Notes: a model not told the origin generated them from the letters alone. 64,000 nucleotides of DNA from Gekko japonicus (GCF_001447785.1 NW_015167592.1:214907-278906), one strand, 5' to 3'. Positions 51,342-64,000 are shown, counted from the stretch's first letter. Numbers and translations: made by a program.

Positions 51342-52818
51342 NNNNNNNNNNNNNNNNNNNNNNNNNNNNNNNNNNNNNNNNNNNNNNNNNNNNNNNNNNN
51401 NNNNNNNNNNNNNNNNNNNNNNNNNNNNNNNNNNNNNNNNNNNNNNNNNNNNNNNNNNNNNNNNNNNNNNNNNNNNNNNNNNNNNNNNNNNNNNNNNNNN
51501 NNNNNNNNNNNNNNNNNNNNNNNNNNNNNNNNNNNNNNNNNNNNNNNNNNNNCCCTCCCTGGCCCCAGGCAGGCAGGGGTGGGGGAGGCAGGGAGGAAGC
51601 AACTTACCCTTCCTCTTCTCCTGCCTCCTCCTGGCTGAATGAAGGCCAGAAGCAGGGGCGGGGCTTTGTCATGTGCCCCGCCCCCAGTACCTCACCCGGG
51701 GGGACTGCGATCCCCCGTGTTCCCCCCCAAAATGACCTCTGGATCCTACCACGTAATTTCTGTATTGTTTAATGTGCCGTGCTAAATTATTATACTTTGT
51801 TCCAGCTCCGCTTTCAGATTTTTGGCTTGTTTTAGGATGTCTGCAATCCAAACCTTATCGTTTTGTTGACTGGATGTCCCATTCTGTTGACTGTATTTGA
51901 CCTACACTGTGCAATCCGCTGCGATCCTCGGTTAGAAAGGCGGACTATAAATACTTTTCATTCATTTTGCACCCTTGTTGTTTAATTTAAATGTGAAAAA
52001 CAATTTAAAATGTTCTTTAAAAATAATGTAAATAAATACAATAATGTAAATAACGTAAATGGACAATTTCTTAACAGCAGATCTACCAGAATTACTAGTG
52101 CACTACTTACTTTCTTTTACAATGAGCAAACATTTGTATGATTTGAAAGCCTATATATTAGCCCCATGTCAATTATGAAATCTGTAGGATACAGTGAAAT
52201 ATTCCAATAATAATGTATTTCTAGCTTTAAATTACCAGAAACAAAGTACTGTAAAGCTGACTCCTTTTGTCATCAATCCATTATAAAGTTAGGTGTGTTT
52301 AAACCCTGTGAATTTCAACAGGATTTAAGTGCAAGTAATCAGGCACTGAACTGTGGCCACAAATGGATACACTTAGATTTGAGCTGGAAAACAACGGCTC
52401 GGGGACGGGAGGCAGATGTTGCTGTGTGATCGGGCATATAAAATCCGCAATTGAACAGTCATGACAGCTGATTAAACACCATGTCTGAACTCATACACTC
52501 ATAGAGTTGGAAGGGGTCCTACCGGCCATCTAGTCCAACCCCCTGCTCAATGCAGGATCAGCCTAGAGCATCCCTGACAAGTGTTAGTCCAGCCGCTGCT
52601 TAATAGAATCTTCAAATCACATTATCTAATATAGGTATGATTGTATTGTCTGTTATCTAATAAAATGATATACAAAATTTTCAGTGCAATCCTAGTGCAA
52701 TGCTTCTAAACCCACTGACTTCCACGGACTTAGAAGAAGAGTGTTGTAACTCTGTTTAGGATTGCATAGTTAAGAGTCCTATTCTGATGGATTTAGGAAA
52801 ATAGTAGGAATTACCAAC

Positions 52819-53685
52819 CTGAGTTAAGGATTTTTTCCAGGCACAGTTTATCCCTCCAATTGAAACCATATTAGGCATTAATGGTTTGGGATAATCAAAT
52901 GCAGAGTCTGCTCTCATCAGCCAAACTGATCCATGACTCAAAAGTTCTTTGATAGTCGTGTCTTTTTGAAGAAACTCTGCAGCCAGATTTGAATAAGGGG
53001 AGTAAAGAAAACGACAAAGGAAGGATTCTGACAGGCGCAACAGGAGGTTCTTCACACGTTCTGCAAACGTCATATGATCTGTATATGTTGTAAATACTCT
53101 TGGAACGTAAGAAGGAGGGCTGGGACACTGAAGAGCTTCAGAGTCTAAACCACAGGGAATCCCTCGCAAGAAAAATATCGAAGGGATGCCAAGATACTCA
53201 GCCACTATCTGGCCACAGGGCATCATCGGATCTGTGAAAAGAGCATCAAACTTGCTCTGCTCAAAGTACTTCATCAGTTCTTGATTGTACAATAAGGACG
53301 TGCAAGTGGAATATAACAAAGCAGTCGTAGTTTTCACCCTGTTATAGGTTCTAACAAACCTAACTAGAAAAGGGATCTCTTCAAATACACCATTCATAGC
53401 ATCTCGATATGTTTCCTCCAGCTCTTCTTGTGTGAAAGGCACTGGATACGTTTTCATTGTATAAAGATCATCAGATGGTTTTATGTGCATGTTTGTTTCG
53501 GGCGCAACGACGACTGCTTCGTGGCCATTCTGCTTGAGTTGTTTCAGGACAGACTGCATACTCAGCCAGTGGCTTCCATCCATGGGTACCACCAGGAGCT
53601 TCCCACCGGAGGTAAAATTCAAAGATGACATGAAAAGCAACAGCGCCGCAACATGCTCCTTTTGGAAGTGAAACATGGGAAACAT
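52819..53685 (-). CDS. UGT1A: UGT1A variable exon 1-D (867 bp)
   Basis: ATG 53685, DGSHW and FTDP intact, donor GT at 52817-52818. Confidence 0.94.
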
Positions 53686-54793
53686 GATCTCTCTCGTCTG
53701 TCGCTCTGCAAGAATTAAGCATCTGCTACCATCTGTGAGCTTCACTGCACCTTCTTATCTCATAGGTCGTCGTATGCTAGTTGAACATTAACTTCTGAGA
53801 AAAGCTGTAGATGGGAGGGGGGCACGACGACACATGCTTTGCATACAGAACTTTCCAGTGACAGTCCTCCAAAGATTGCAAATAAGTTGTGATAATTATT
53901 TCAGCTGGGTTGAGAAAACAGATATCCTACAAGCCAGAGACACTGCTGCTAAATGATTGATCTGATTTCCCCAGTGACTTGTTAATGGCCTGCCTTACAG
54001 ATGATTACTGTGGCCAGGTTGGTCTTTGCAAGGTAATGGAAACAAAATTATTACTCCTAAAGTACAAGACTGGTTGTTGAAATTAAGGCGCTCTATACCC
54101 TTGTGAAACCAATGGCATACCAGAAAAGTAGAGGAACACATTGGAATTAGACATGCTATGGTGAGGGGCTATACAGAGGACAGAACTGGCAATAGGACAG
54201 ACTGAATTAACACCATAATTGCCCTATGCTGAGAAAGGATATCCAGGTCCATGGTTGTGAAGGGGGAAAGGGATGGTTATGCACTTTGTGTATCTTTGTG
54301 TTTCATATTTCCATCTAGGGGGTGGTGACTGTGGCCACAAATGGATACACTTAGATTGGAGCTGGAAATCAACGGCTCGGGGACAGGAGGCAGATGTTGC
54401 TGTGTGATCGGGCATATAAAATCTGCAATTGAACAGTCACGACAGCTGATTAAACACCATATCTGAACTCATAGACTCATAGACTCAGAGTTGGAAGGGG
54501 CCCTACCGGCCATCTAGTCCAACCCCCTGCTCAATGCCTAGAGCATCCCTGACAAGTGTTAGTCCAGCCGCTGCTTAATAGAATCTTCAAATCACATTAT
54601 CTAATATAGGTATGACTGTATTATCTGTTATCTAATAAAATGATATACAAATTTTTCAGTGCAATCCTAGTGCAGTGCTTCTAAACCCATTGACTTCCAT
54701 GGACTTAGAAGAAGAGTGTTGTAACTCTGTTTAGAATTGCATAGTTAAGAGTCCTATTCTGATAGATTTAGGAAAATAGTAGGAATTACCAAC

Positions 54794-55660
54794 CTGAGTT
54801 AAGGATTTTTTCCCGGCACAGTTTATCCCTCCAATCGAAACCATATTAGGCATTAATGGTTTGGGATAATCAAATGCAAAGTCTGCTCTCATCAGCCAAA
54901 CTGATCCGTGACTCAAAAGTTCTGTGACAGTCATGTCTTTTTGAAGAAACTCTGCAGCCAGATTTGAATAAGGGGAGTAAAGAAAACCACAAAGGAAGGA
55001 TTCTGACAGGCGGAACAGGAGGTTCTTCACACGTTCGGCAAACGTCATATGGTCTGTATATGTTGTAAATATTCTTGGAACGTAAGAAGGAGGGCTGGGA
55101 CACTGAAGAGCTTCAGAGTCTAAACCACAGGGAATCCCTCGCAAGAAAAATATCGAAGGGATGCCAAGATACTCAGCCACTATCTGGCCACAGGGCATCA
55201 TCGGATCTGTGAAAAGAGCGTCAAACTTGCTCTGCTCAAAGTATTTCATCAGTTCTTGATTGTACAATAAGGACGTGCAAGCGGAATATAACAAAGCAGT
55301 CGTAGTTTTCACCCTGTTATAGGTTCTAACAAACCTAACTAGAAAAGGGATCTCTTCAAATATGCCGTTTATACCATCTCGATATTTTTCCTCCAGCTCT
55401 TCTTGTGTGAAAGGCACTGGATACGTTTTCATAGTATAAAGATCATCTGATGGTTTTATGTGTATGTTTGTTTCGGGCGCAACGACGACTGCTTCGTGGC
55501 CATTCTGCTTGAGTTGTTTCAGGACAGACTGCATACTCAGCCAGTGGCTTCCATCCATGGGTACCACCAGGAGCTTCCCACCGGAGGTAAAATTCAAAGA
55601 TGACATGAAAAGCAACAGCGCCACAACATGCTCCTTTTGGAAGTGAAACATGGGAAACAT
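54794..55660 (-). CDS. UGT1A: UGT1A variable exon 1-E (867 bp), near-identical paralogue of 1-D
   Basis: ATG 55660, DGSHW and FTDP intact, donor GT at 54792-54793. Confidence 0.95.
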
Positions 55661-57283
55661 CTCTCTCGTCTGTTGCTCTGCAAGAATTAAGCATCTGCTA
55701 CCATCTGTGAGCTTCACTGCACCTTCTTATCTCATAGGTCGTCGTATGCTAGTTGAACATTAACTTCTGAGAAAAGCTGTAGATGGGGGGGGGGGACGAC
55801 ACATGCTTAGCATACATAACTTTCCAGTGACAGTCCCAGGTATCTCCGGGTAAAGGATTTCAGGCTTTAACCTGAGGTTTATTGGGGTAGATTAATCAAT
55901 GATTTGATCTAGAAAAACGCAGCTTTATTTATTTATTTATTTGTTAGATTTTTATCCCGCAACTGAGTACAATTTAAGATCCAAACTGGATTTACTGTAT
56001 AACTGAAATAGGCACAACAATGGCTATATCCTTTGACAACATATATATATATATATATACACACACACAACATAATGGCTATATCACTCAGACACACAAG
56101 ACCCATTCCAAATCTCCTCCATCTTACTTCCTGTTTCCTTTCCTTGCTGACTACATCTCCCAGCATACAGTGCTTCTAATGTTACTTACAGCCATAGAAA
56201 TCACACACACAAACACACACATGAGTTAACCCCCTAAATGATATAAGCAGTGCCTGTGGCTTTAAGAAATGAATGCTCTCTGAAAGCTCAATGGCCATTT
56301 GGGTTGCTAGGTAACCACAACTACATTACCACCAGCCTACAAGCCTTTGTTTCTGTCAGTAAAAGGCTGAAAGTACGCCAATTCATATAGAACAATCCTT
56401 TGTAAGGGTACGTTTGGCCATAGGTGAAGAAAATAAATATGAAGAAATTCTACAGTGATGATAACACTGTTATAAATACAATCCCTGCTCCATGGGACCA
56501 AGTAAAAAATAAATTGGCACCTATAATTTCTCCTGTAGCATCCATTGTAAATGAAATGATGGATGAGCTGAACCCGGAATTATCCCCCTTGAGAGGTGGA
56601 AGATTTCCTGACTCAGTGAATATAGAAGTCTGAGAATTAACAACCAAGTAGTCCTATATAATAGTATGAAAGACAGCCTCCAAAGATTGCAAAAAAGTTG
56701 TGAAAATTATTTCAGCTGGGTTGAGAAAACAGATATCCTACAAACCAGAGACACTGCTGCTAAATGATCAATCTGATTTCCCGGGAGGGGAGGCCGGGCC
56801 CTTTCCAGGGCTGGTTTGGCCACCCAGTGTACTCCCGCTCCCATCCCCCTTGTCCCGGAGGAAGGACTCACTGGGACAAGGCCCAACAGGCAACTTGCTA
56901 CCAAGCAATCAGCATAACTTACACAGGTCTGGACAGGTTAATAGCATGCAGCTCACCGGGGTCCAGTGGGAGTCAGTACACAACTTGGCTGGGCCTGACA
57001 CCGCAAAACTCCCCTGAGCAACTTGCTACTGCATGACTTTGGCAACCTGGCAGAACTTTTCCCAAAGAGGGGCTGGCGGGAAGGGGGGAGCTGAAAGCCA
57101 GTGTAGTGTAGCCATTAGAGTGCCAGATTAGGTTCTAGGAGACCAAGATTCAAATTCCTACTCTGCCATGGAAGCTTACTGGACAACCTTAGGCCAATTA
57201 CTTTCTCTCGGCCTAATCTATCTCAGCGGGTCGCTGTGAGGCTAAAATCGAGGACAATGATTTAAACCATTTTGGGTCCCCAT

Positions 57284-57578
57284 TAGGGTTGCCAAATCTG
57301 TTTTGGCCGGGAGCGGGGGGCTCCCGGCCAACGTCTGTCTCGTGCGTGCGCGTCACCCGGAAGTGACGCCGCACGCTGGGGGCGGGGCCACGCCATTTGA
57401 GGGGAAAACAAAGAGTTTTCCCCTCAAATGGCGTGGCCCCGCCCCCAGCGTGCGGCGTCACTTCTGGGTGACGCACACGCGGGGGTGGGGTTTTCCCCAG
57501 GCCCGATTTTCGTCCCGTCGAAAATCGGGCCGTCAAAGTGGGAGATTCCCCCCCCCCCGGCGTCATTTGGGAATCCTA
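57284..57578. mobile_element. hAT MITE with a long internal palindrome, inserted in a SINE
   Basis: TIRs tagggttgccaaat / atttgggaatccta and 8-bp TSD gtccccat. Confidence 0.88.
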
Positions 57579-58198
57579 GTCCCCATTGGGGAGAAAAAGT
57601 GAAGTAGGAATGAAGTCAATAAATGATATTTAAAGTGGGAGGCTAGGGGCAGATAAAAGGTAGGCTGGCTTTGGATGGGAAGGAGAGAAGGAAGAAGGGA
57701 AAGGGGACAGGATACGAGGGCTTCCATGAGGAGGAACGAGTGCGGGGAATGGGATACAGGGGGAAATGAGGTGCTCCCACAAGTCCTTGCAGGTGGCCTC
57801 CTTTTCTGTGTGTAAAATTAATCCCCTCTCCTCCCTCTTTTCTGTTGCTTTCATGGCAAGATAAGACACACGTAGTAGAATTCTCCACCCGGGTCCAAAG
57901 TCTAGACCTACACACACTGTGACCTTTTGGCATCAGACCTCCCTCTCAATTTCTCGTGCCTGTTTGATAAGACACAAACACACTGACTGACTCAGCCCCC
58001 TCTGTCCCTTTTCTAGCTTTCCTTGACTCTACAACTGACTTGGTTCCTCAGATTCCTGCTTCTCCCCTTCGCAATCCTTTCAATCTCCCCTCAGATATAA
58101 AAGGACATTAAGCACAGTACATTACAGCTCCTTCGGATGCATAATTGTGAATTTTTCCTCCCTTTTAAAAAAGTAGTGCGTTAATCAGGGGCCCTTAG

Positions 58199-58829
58199 CA
58201 GTGTTCCCTCTAAGCTGAGTTAGTGGGAGCTAGCTCACAGTTTTTTAGCCTCCAGCTCACACATTTTTGTCTCAGCTCAGGAAGGATGGCTCCAGAACAA
58301 ACCAATTTATGCAGCAGCCAAATCGCTCGCTCACAATTTTAATGCCAGTAGCTCACAAAGTAGAGTTTTTGCTCACAAGACTTCACAGCTCAGAGGGACT
58401 ATTGGTCCTTAGGGATGCCACTCCCCAGCTGCGCGCGGGGCTTCCCCCGATTTTTAGGGCTCAGACCCAATGCCGGCCAAATGTCTGGTGGTGGGGAAGT
58501 CCTGCCCACAACACTCATCTGCAGCCCCGTTTGAAAAGAGGGCACCGCACGCATCTGCCCGCAAGTGGCAAATTCACTGCTCGCAGGGCAGGCGTACGCA
58601 GCACCCGCTCTTTCAAAGCAGGTGCTGCTGCCTCCTGCCCTGCAAGAGGCAAGTTTCCCTCTTGCAGGGCAGGAGCACCCAGCACCTGCTCTTTTCAGGT
58701 GGGGGCCGCCAGCTCCTACCTTGCAAGAGGAGAGTTCCCTTCTTGCATGGCAGGTATGGTTGGCCACGACCCCTCCTGGAACGCCCCCTAAACCCCCCGT
58801 CGGGGAAAAGTTTGGACCTGGCAACCCTA
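58199..58829. mobile_element. Two adjacent MITEs (58199-58400 and 58410-58829)
   Basis: cagtgttccctctaag family plus a tagggatgcca / tggcaacccta element. The paralogous site at about 40435 is empty. Confidence 0.78.
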
Positions 58830-61059
58830 GGGGTCCTCAACATGGTGCCCATGGGTGCTATGACATCTACTAACTCCTTTCCTGATGCATTCCAAAATGT
58901 TTTTAGAAAGTGGGTGGGGCCAGGTGGAGCTTCTGAACAACAGGGCTTCTGATTGGATGTGCAAATTTTTAAAAATGTTTTGGCATCAGCTGCCACCACA
59001 GCACAAAGATCTTCGCTGCATGACTAAAGGCAAGCTATGTGTATGCAACCCCCCCCTTTATAAACAATATGTTAATTTTAAAAAGCACCCTGTTAAACAG
59101 AACATCTGCCTGAAATACTGAAGATTTACAAAGAGAATTATTAGAATGACATTCTGTGGTTGTCCCTGCTAAGGATATGTAAAGATTGTATTGGGGTTAT
59201 TTTGTTGTTTAATATGTCTTTTTTTTCTTTGTTACAGTAATTAAAATTATTCTTCTTTTTGGCTTCTCTTGTTTTCTTGGCTATTCATTTCCAGTTGTTT
59301 AAATGGGAGGCAAATTTAAGTACATAATTTCTTTGATTTCCACCCGAGATGAAATTCGTAAGGATTGTATCCCTCACCTAAAGTGTCTCCTAAACAAATT
59401 TCAAAGAGCTAGACAGGGAAAAGAGGACACAGGGATAAATAGGTATCTGTGTGAGTTTTTCTAAGCAAGAAGATAGGAGGATCTATTTTTAACCAAAAGC
59501 AGAATATATAAAAGAGGGGAACCAAAACCTCTTTCACTCTGAAATTTTGCCTCAGCATCTCTACAGATTTCAGCATTTTGTCTCTGCACCTAGCAGTTTA
59601 CAATGAATTAAAAACAAATATAGAAATGAAAGCACTACAAAATTGCTCTGTCACTCACAACACTGAAGACCATCACCAGCAAGCTATAACTTGATTATAT
59701 TCTTCCAAATGTCTGAAAAGCAACATCTCTTTTCCCAGGTACCTAAAACTCATCACAGTTGGAGCCCAGTAAACACAAATAAGGAGACAATTCTAACAGT
59801 GAGGTGACATCAGGAAGAAGGAGCCATCCCTGATAGCCACACGTCACCAATAAAGACATTCCAACAAAGGAATTTACTGCTCAGCAGGGTGTATGAGTGA
59901 AAGGGATTCTTTAGGTCCTGGGTCATTTAGGGCTTTACCTGACAAGATATGCAATTGGAATTGTGCTTGGAAACAAACTGGAACCCACTGAAGCTCTTCA
60001 AGTATTGGCAGATATGTTTCCGTCTGTCTACAGCAATCTATCAATACCGTTGTAAGAAATAATTGTGAACCAGCTGAATCCAATAGTCTTCGTAAGCAGC
60101 TCCATGTGAAGTGCACTGCAGTAATTTAACCCAGATGTTACCAGAGTTACCACAGTAACTGTGGCTGGATCACATTCCCCCCTCTCAAGAAAGACTGCAG
60201 CTGGGAAACTAAACACATTTGGACAATGTTACTTTATGTAACCTATGTTTGAGACAGCCCCCCCCCACACATTGTTGAGCCAGTGGGCACCTTTGGAATT
60301 GAGGCACAGTGCGGTCAGCATGGCCACAAAATGGTTGCCATAGGAGGCAGAGCTAGTCACAAAATGGCTGCCGTGGCTTACCTTCATTTGTACAGTGAAG
60401 ATCCTTATGCTGTTCTGGCAACTGCTGCCAAAGGAACATTTTAAACCATCTGCACAGCCAATCAAATCTCCAATAACCAATCAGGAGCCTTGCCGGTCAA
60501 AAACTCCACCTGGCCCCACCCACTTTCTAAAAACACTTGGTGGGCACCAGGAAAGATGGCATACATGTGTACCCCGTTGGGGACCTCTGGTTTAAGTGTT
60601 CCCCCTGCAGGCCCAGTTCAGCTCCAAGCTGTGGGAAATACAACCCCATCCTAAACGCAATGAATCCCCAACTGCTGATCAGCAACATCGGCAGTACTCT
60701 TATTCGGACTGAGCTACAACCACATTCCATCATCAAGGGCCTGGTAGAGTCAGTAGTTAAACTTCTGTTTCTTTTCCAGCTAAGTATGTCCATGACAGTG
60801 CTGGGATTTGTTGAAGGAATTCTGAAGATAGGTTCATATGTGCAAAATTGTGTGTGGGGGGGAATGGCAAAGACTGAGATAATTTTTAAAAAGACATTCT
60901 TGATGAGTTGAAGAAAAGTAATTCAGTTCAAATAGTCTATGAGGATTCTGGGAAGTACCGAAATGCAGGAGTACTGGCAGAACGGAGAACAAAGCAAGGG
61001 TCTCAGCATGATGTGCGTTCTGCGACTGTCAGAAAACCACCCATCACATTGGGCACATT

Positions 61060-61333
61060 AGTGTAGTGGTTAAGTGCGTGGACTCTAATCTGGGAGAACC
61101 GGGTTTGATTCCCCACTCCTCCACTTGTACCTGGCTGGATGACCTTAGGCAAGCCATAGTTCTGATAAGGGCTGTTCCTGAAAAAGAGCAGTTTTTGTCA
61201 GAGCTCTCTCAGCCCCACCCACCTCACAGGGTGTCTGTTGTGGGGAGGGGAAGGGAAAGGAGTTTGTCAGCCGCTCTGAGACACCTTTGGGTAGTGAAGG
61301 GCGGGGTATAAATCCAATCTCTTCTCTTCTTCT
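61060..61333 (+). mobile_element. Squam3-like SINE inserted beside enhancer copy 3
   Basis: Absent at the paralogous positions 25148 and 46720. Confidence 0.82.
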
Positions 61334-61357
61334 TTTGTCAAGCTCCTGACAGCTCCC

Positions 61358-61512
61358 TTGCGTGACCTACGGTGTCTGTGTAAATGTTTAACACTATGAG
61401 CACGTTAAGTTCAAACTGTGCATCCTAAGTTCAAATAAGTTCCAACAGAAGTCCAAACTTCATATCATAAAGTGCAAGAAAACTGGCAACCTTTCAATGT
61501 AAAGTTCATATC
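61358..61512. promoter_or_regulatory. Putative xenobiotic-response enhancer, copy 3 (diverged)
   Basis: XRE 61358-61364 is intact. The second DR4 half-site reads AGTTCC and the E-box reads CACGTT. Confidence 0.5.
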
Positions 61513-62160
61513 ATGTTACAGAGTTCTTTCTGGACCCCATGGGGTCCTCCTGTACTTTAATGCCTAGTCATTGTTAGTGTCCAAAACATAACTTTAAAGA
61601 GAAGTTATTTCCCCCCCGTCAGGCTTTTTCTCACCCACAAGGGGTGCCTTCCTTACATATATAACTCTGTTATGTAAACCCTTGCCCCCTCTAAACACAT
61701 GGCCATAGTAGCTAGGGGGTGGGACTTGAGGGTTCTGGGGATCCTGGAACATCTTGAATAGGTCAGCTATGGAGATGGTTTTATTTTAAAAATTTGATTC
61801 AGTTATATCCCACCGTTCTCCCCAATAGGGACCCAAAGTGGCTTACATTATCCTCTTCTCCTCCATTTTATCCTCACAACAACCCTGTGAGGCAGGTTAG
61901 ACTGAGAGAGTGTGACTGACCCAAGGTCACCCAGCGAGCTTCCCTGGCACAAGTGGGGATTTGAACCTGTGCCTCCTAGATACTAGACCAACACTCTTAA
62001 CCACTACACCACACTGGCTCTTTTTAACAAAAAAGAGTCCTTATGCTGAACAGAAGTTCTCATTCTGTAAACAGCTTGAAATGTCGTTAGCTGCAGCCCA
62101 TCACTGTTTGAGCAGCAGTGCTGTGTGCCCTGGTCCTGCCTTCGGTACCAGTTTGGTGTG

Positions 62161-62432
62161 AGAGCTAGTTTGGTGTAGTGGTTAAGTGTGCCGACTCTAA
62201 TCTGGGAGAACTGGATGTGATTCCCCACTCCTCCACTTGCAGCTGCTGGATGACCTTGGGCAAGCCATAGTTCTGGCACAGCTGTCCTTGAAAGGGCAGC
62301 TCTTGAAAGAGCTCTCTCAGCCCCACCTACCTCACAGGGTGTCTGTTTTGTGGAGGGGAAGGGAAAGGAGTTTGTAAGCCGCTCTAAGACTCCACGTGAA
62401 GGGCCGGGTATTAATCCAATCTCTTCTTCTTC
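62161..62432 (+). mobile_element. Squam3-like SINE
   Basis: Same family as 3618-3884. Confidence 0.8.
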
Positions 62433-62907
62433 TCCTCTTTACTGAGGGTAGCAATTCAAGGGTGGCACAACTACTGCTGCTTCTTGTTGACATGGTTTAG
62501 ACAGAGTACCCCAAACCATAGTGGGCGCTTGCTTACACGATCCCGCCCCCCCCAAAAAAAACACTAGCAAAACGTGACTTGCACTTACTGTGCAAACAAG
62601 GATTCCTGATGGTGGTTTACCCCATCCTGGAAACCAGCTGCTTGCCAGTTTGGATGTAACTTCCAGTCATGGTTTGTTACAAAGCGTACATACATAAGTG
62701 CCATCAAGTTGCAACCAACTTTTGGGAACCTTGACAAGGGGCTTTCAAGCCAAATGAGAAGCAGAGGTGGTTTGCCACTGCCTCCCTCTGCAGAGTCTTC
62801 CTTGGTGCTCTCCCTTCTGAGTACGGACCCTTTCTCTGCTTAGTTTCTGAGATATAGAGAGTTATACATCAATATGACACTGTGCCTCAATCAATATATA
62901 TCAATGT

Positions 62908-64000
62908 GGGCAACACCGAAATCAGATTGACTATATAATTTGCAGTCAAAGATGGAGAAGCTCTATCCAGTCAGTAAAAACAAGACCTGGAGCTGACTGT
63001 GTCTCAGATCATGAGCTATTCATTGCAAAATTCAGACTTAAACTGAAGAAAATTGGGAAAACCACTAGGCCATTCAGGTTTGACCTAGATCGCATCCCTG
63101 ATGAATATACAGTAGAGGTGAAGAATAGATTCAAGGGTCTAGATTTGATAGATAGAGTGCCTGAAGAACTATGGACGGAGGTTCGTGACATTATACAGGA
63201 GGCAGCAATCACCACCATCCCAAAGAAAAAGAAATGCAAGAAAGCAAAGTGGCTGTCTGATGAGGCTTTACAAATAGCAGAGGAAAGCAGGAAAGCAAAA
63301 GGCAAAGGCGAAAAGGAAAGATTTACCCAACTGAATGCAGATTTCCGGAGAAGAGCAAGGAGAGATAAGGAGGCCTTCCTGAATGAACAATGCAAAGTAA
63401 TAGAGGAAAACAATAGAATGGGAAGGACTAGAGATCTCTTCAAGAAAATTGAAGAAATCAAGGGAGCGTTCCATGCAAAGATGGCCATGATAAAGGACAA
63501 AAACGGTAGGGACCTAACAGAAGCAGAAGATATTAGGAAAAGATGGCAAGAATACACAGAAGAACTATACAAGACCTTGATGTCCTTGATAACCAACCAC
63601 GACGGTATAATCACTGACCTCAAGCCAGACATCCTGGAATGTGAAGTTAAATGGGCCTTAGAAAACATTACTAACAACAAAGCTAGTGGAGGTGATGGTA
63701 TCCCAGCTGAGCTATTCAAAGTCTTAGAAGAGGATGCTGTTAAAGTTCTGCACTCCATTTGCCAGCAAATTTGGAAAACGCAACAGTGGCCACAGGATTG
63801 GAAAAGGTCAGTATACATTCCAATCCCAAAGAAGGGCAATGCCAAGGAATGTTCAAACTATCGCACAATTGCACTCATATCACACGCTAGCAAGGTCATG
63901 CTCAAGATCCTACAAGCTAGGCTTCAACAGTACGTGGATAGAGAACTACCAGAAGTACAAGCTGGGTTTCGAAGAGGTAGAGGAACGAGAGATCATATTG
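62908..64000 (+). mobile_element. RTE-BovB LINE, 5'-truncated, running off the window end
   Basis: Open frame GQHRNQIDYIICSQRWRSSIQSVKTRPGADC...PIPKKGNAKECSNYRTIALISHASKVMLKILQARLQ...QAGFRRGRGTRD, characteristic of BovB. Confidence 0.95.

Larger units (their letters stand above)
3297..55660 (-). other. UGT1A: UGT1A complex locus (partial): five variable first exons plus common exons 2-4; terminal exon 5 outside the window
   Basis: Common exon sizes 132/88/220 bp match the conserved UGT1A structure. There are five tandem exon-1 ORFs with the SHW motif and phase-0 donors, and the UGT signature spans exons 3-4. Confidence 0.96.

Noticed and set aside
53686-53745. N-terminal extensions of 1-D and 1-E in the ORF track, and read-through past the exon-1 donors
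   Set aside because: They start at GTG or run into intron. The ATG that places His at residue 39 and the GT donors define the exons.
56040-56070. (TA)n(CA)n upstream of 1-E as an analogue of the human UGT1A1 TATA-box repeat
   Set aside because: It lies about 380 bp from the ATG, outside the core promoter, and is absent from paralogue C.
63009-63845. 278-aa minus-strand ORF
   Set aside because: Antisense shadow of the BovB coding frame.

Overview
This window is vertebrate genomic DNA from a squamate reptile, probably a gecko (inferred from Sauria SINE, Squam3-type SINEs and BovB). It is a draft assembly with five N gaps. It holds most of a UGT1A (UDP-glucuronosyltransferase 1A) complex locus on the minus strand. 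Five alternative first exons, here labelled 1-A to 1-E (about 15.6-16.5, 21.2-22.2, 35.8-36.7, 52.8-53.7 and 54.8-55.7 kb), each end in a phase-0 GT donor. They feed shared exons 2 (132 bp), 3 (88 bp) and 4 (220 bp). The canonical last exon 5 was not found and should lie left of the window. The rest is TE-rich (CR1, L2, L1-like, BovB, Penelope, DIRS, solo LTRs, SINEs, hAT/Harbinger MITEs) and built from duplicated cassettes. Main leads: (1) both proximal isoforms have Val in place of the catalytic Asp and AAG at the ancestral start position; (2) a triplicated XRE + DR4/AGTTCA module resembles a xenobiotic-response enhancer and appears to have been captured by exon 1-B; (3) there is a candidate exon-5b-like alternative last exon and a candidate poison exon; (4) there is a 199-bp gene-conversion tract. 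All of this was read by eye, and TE boundaries without a stated TSD are approximate.
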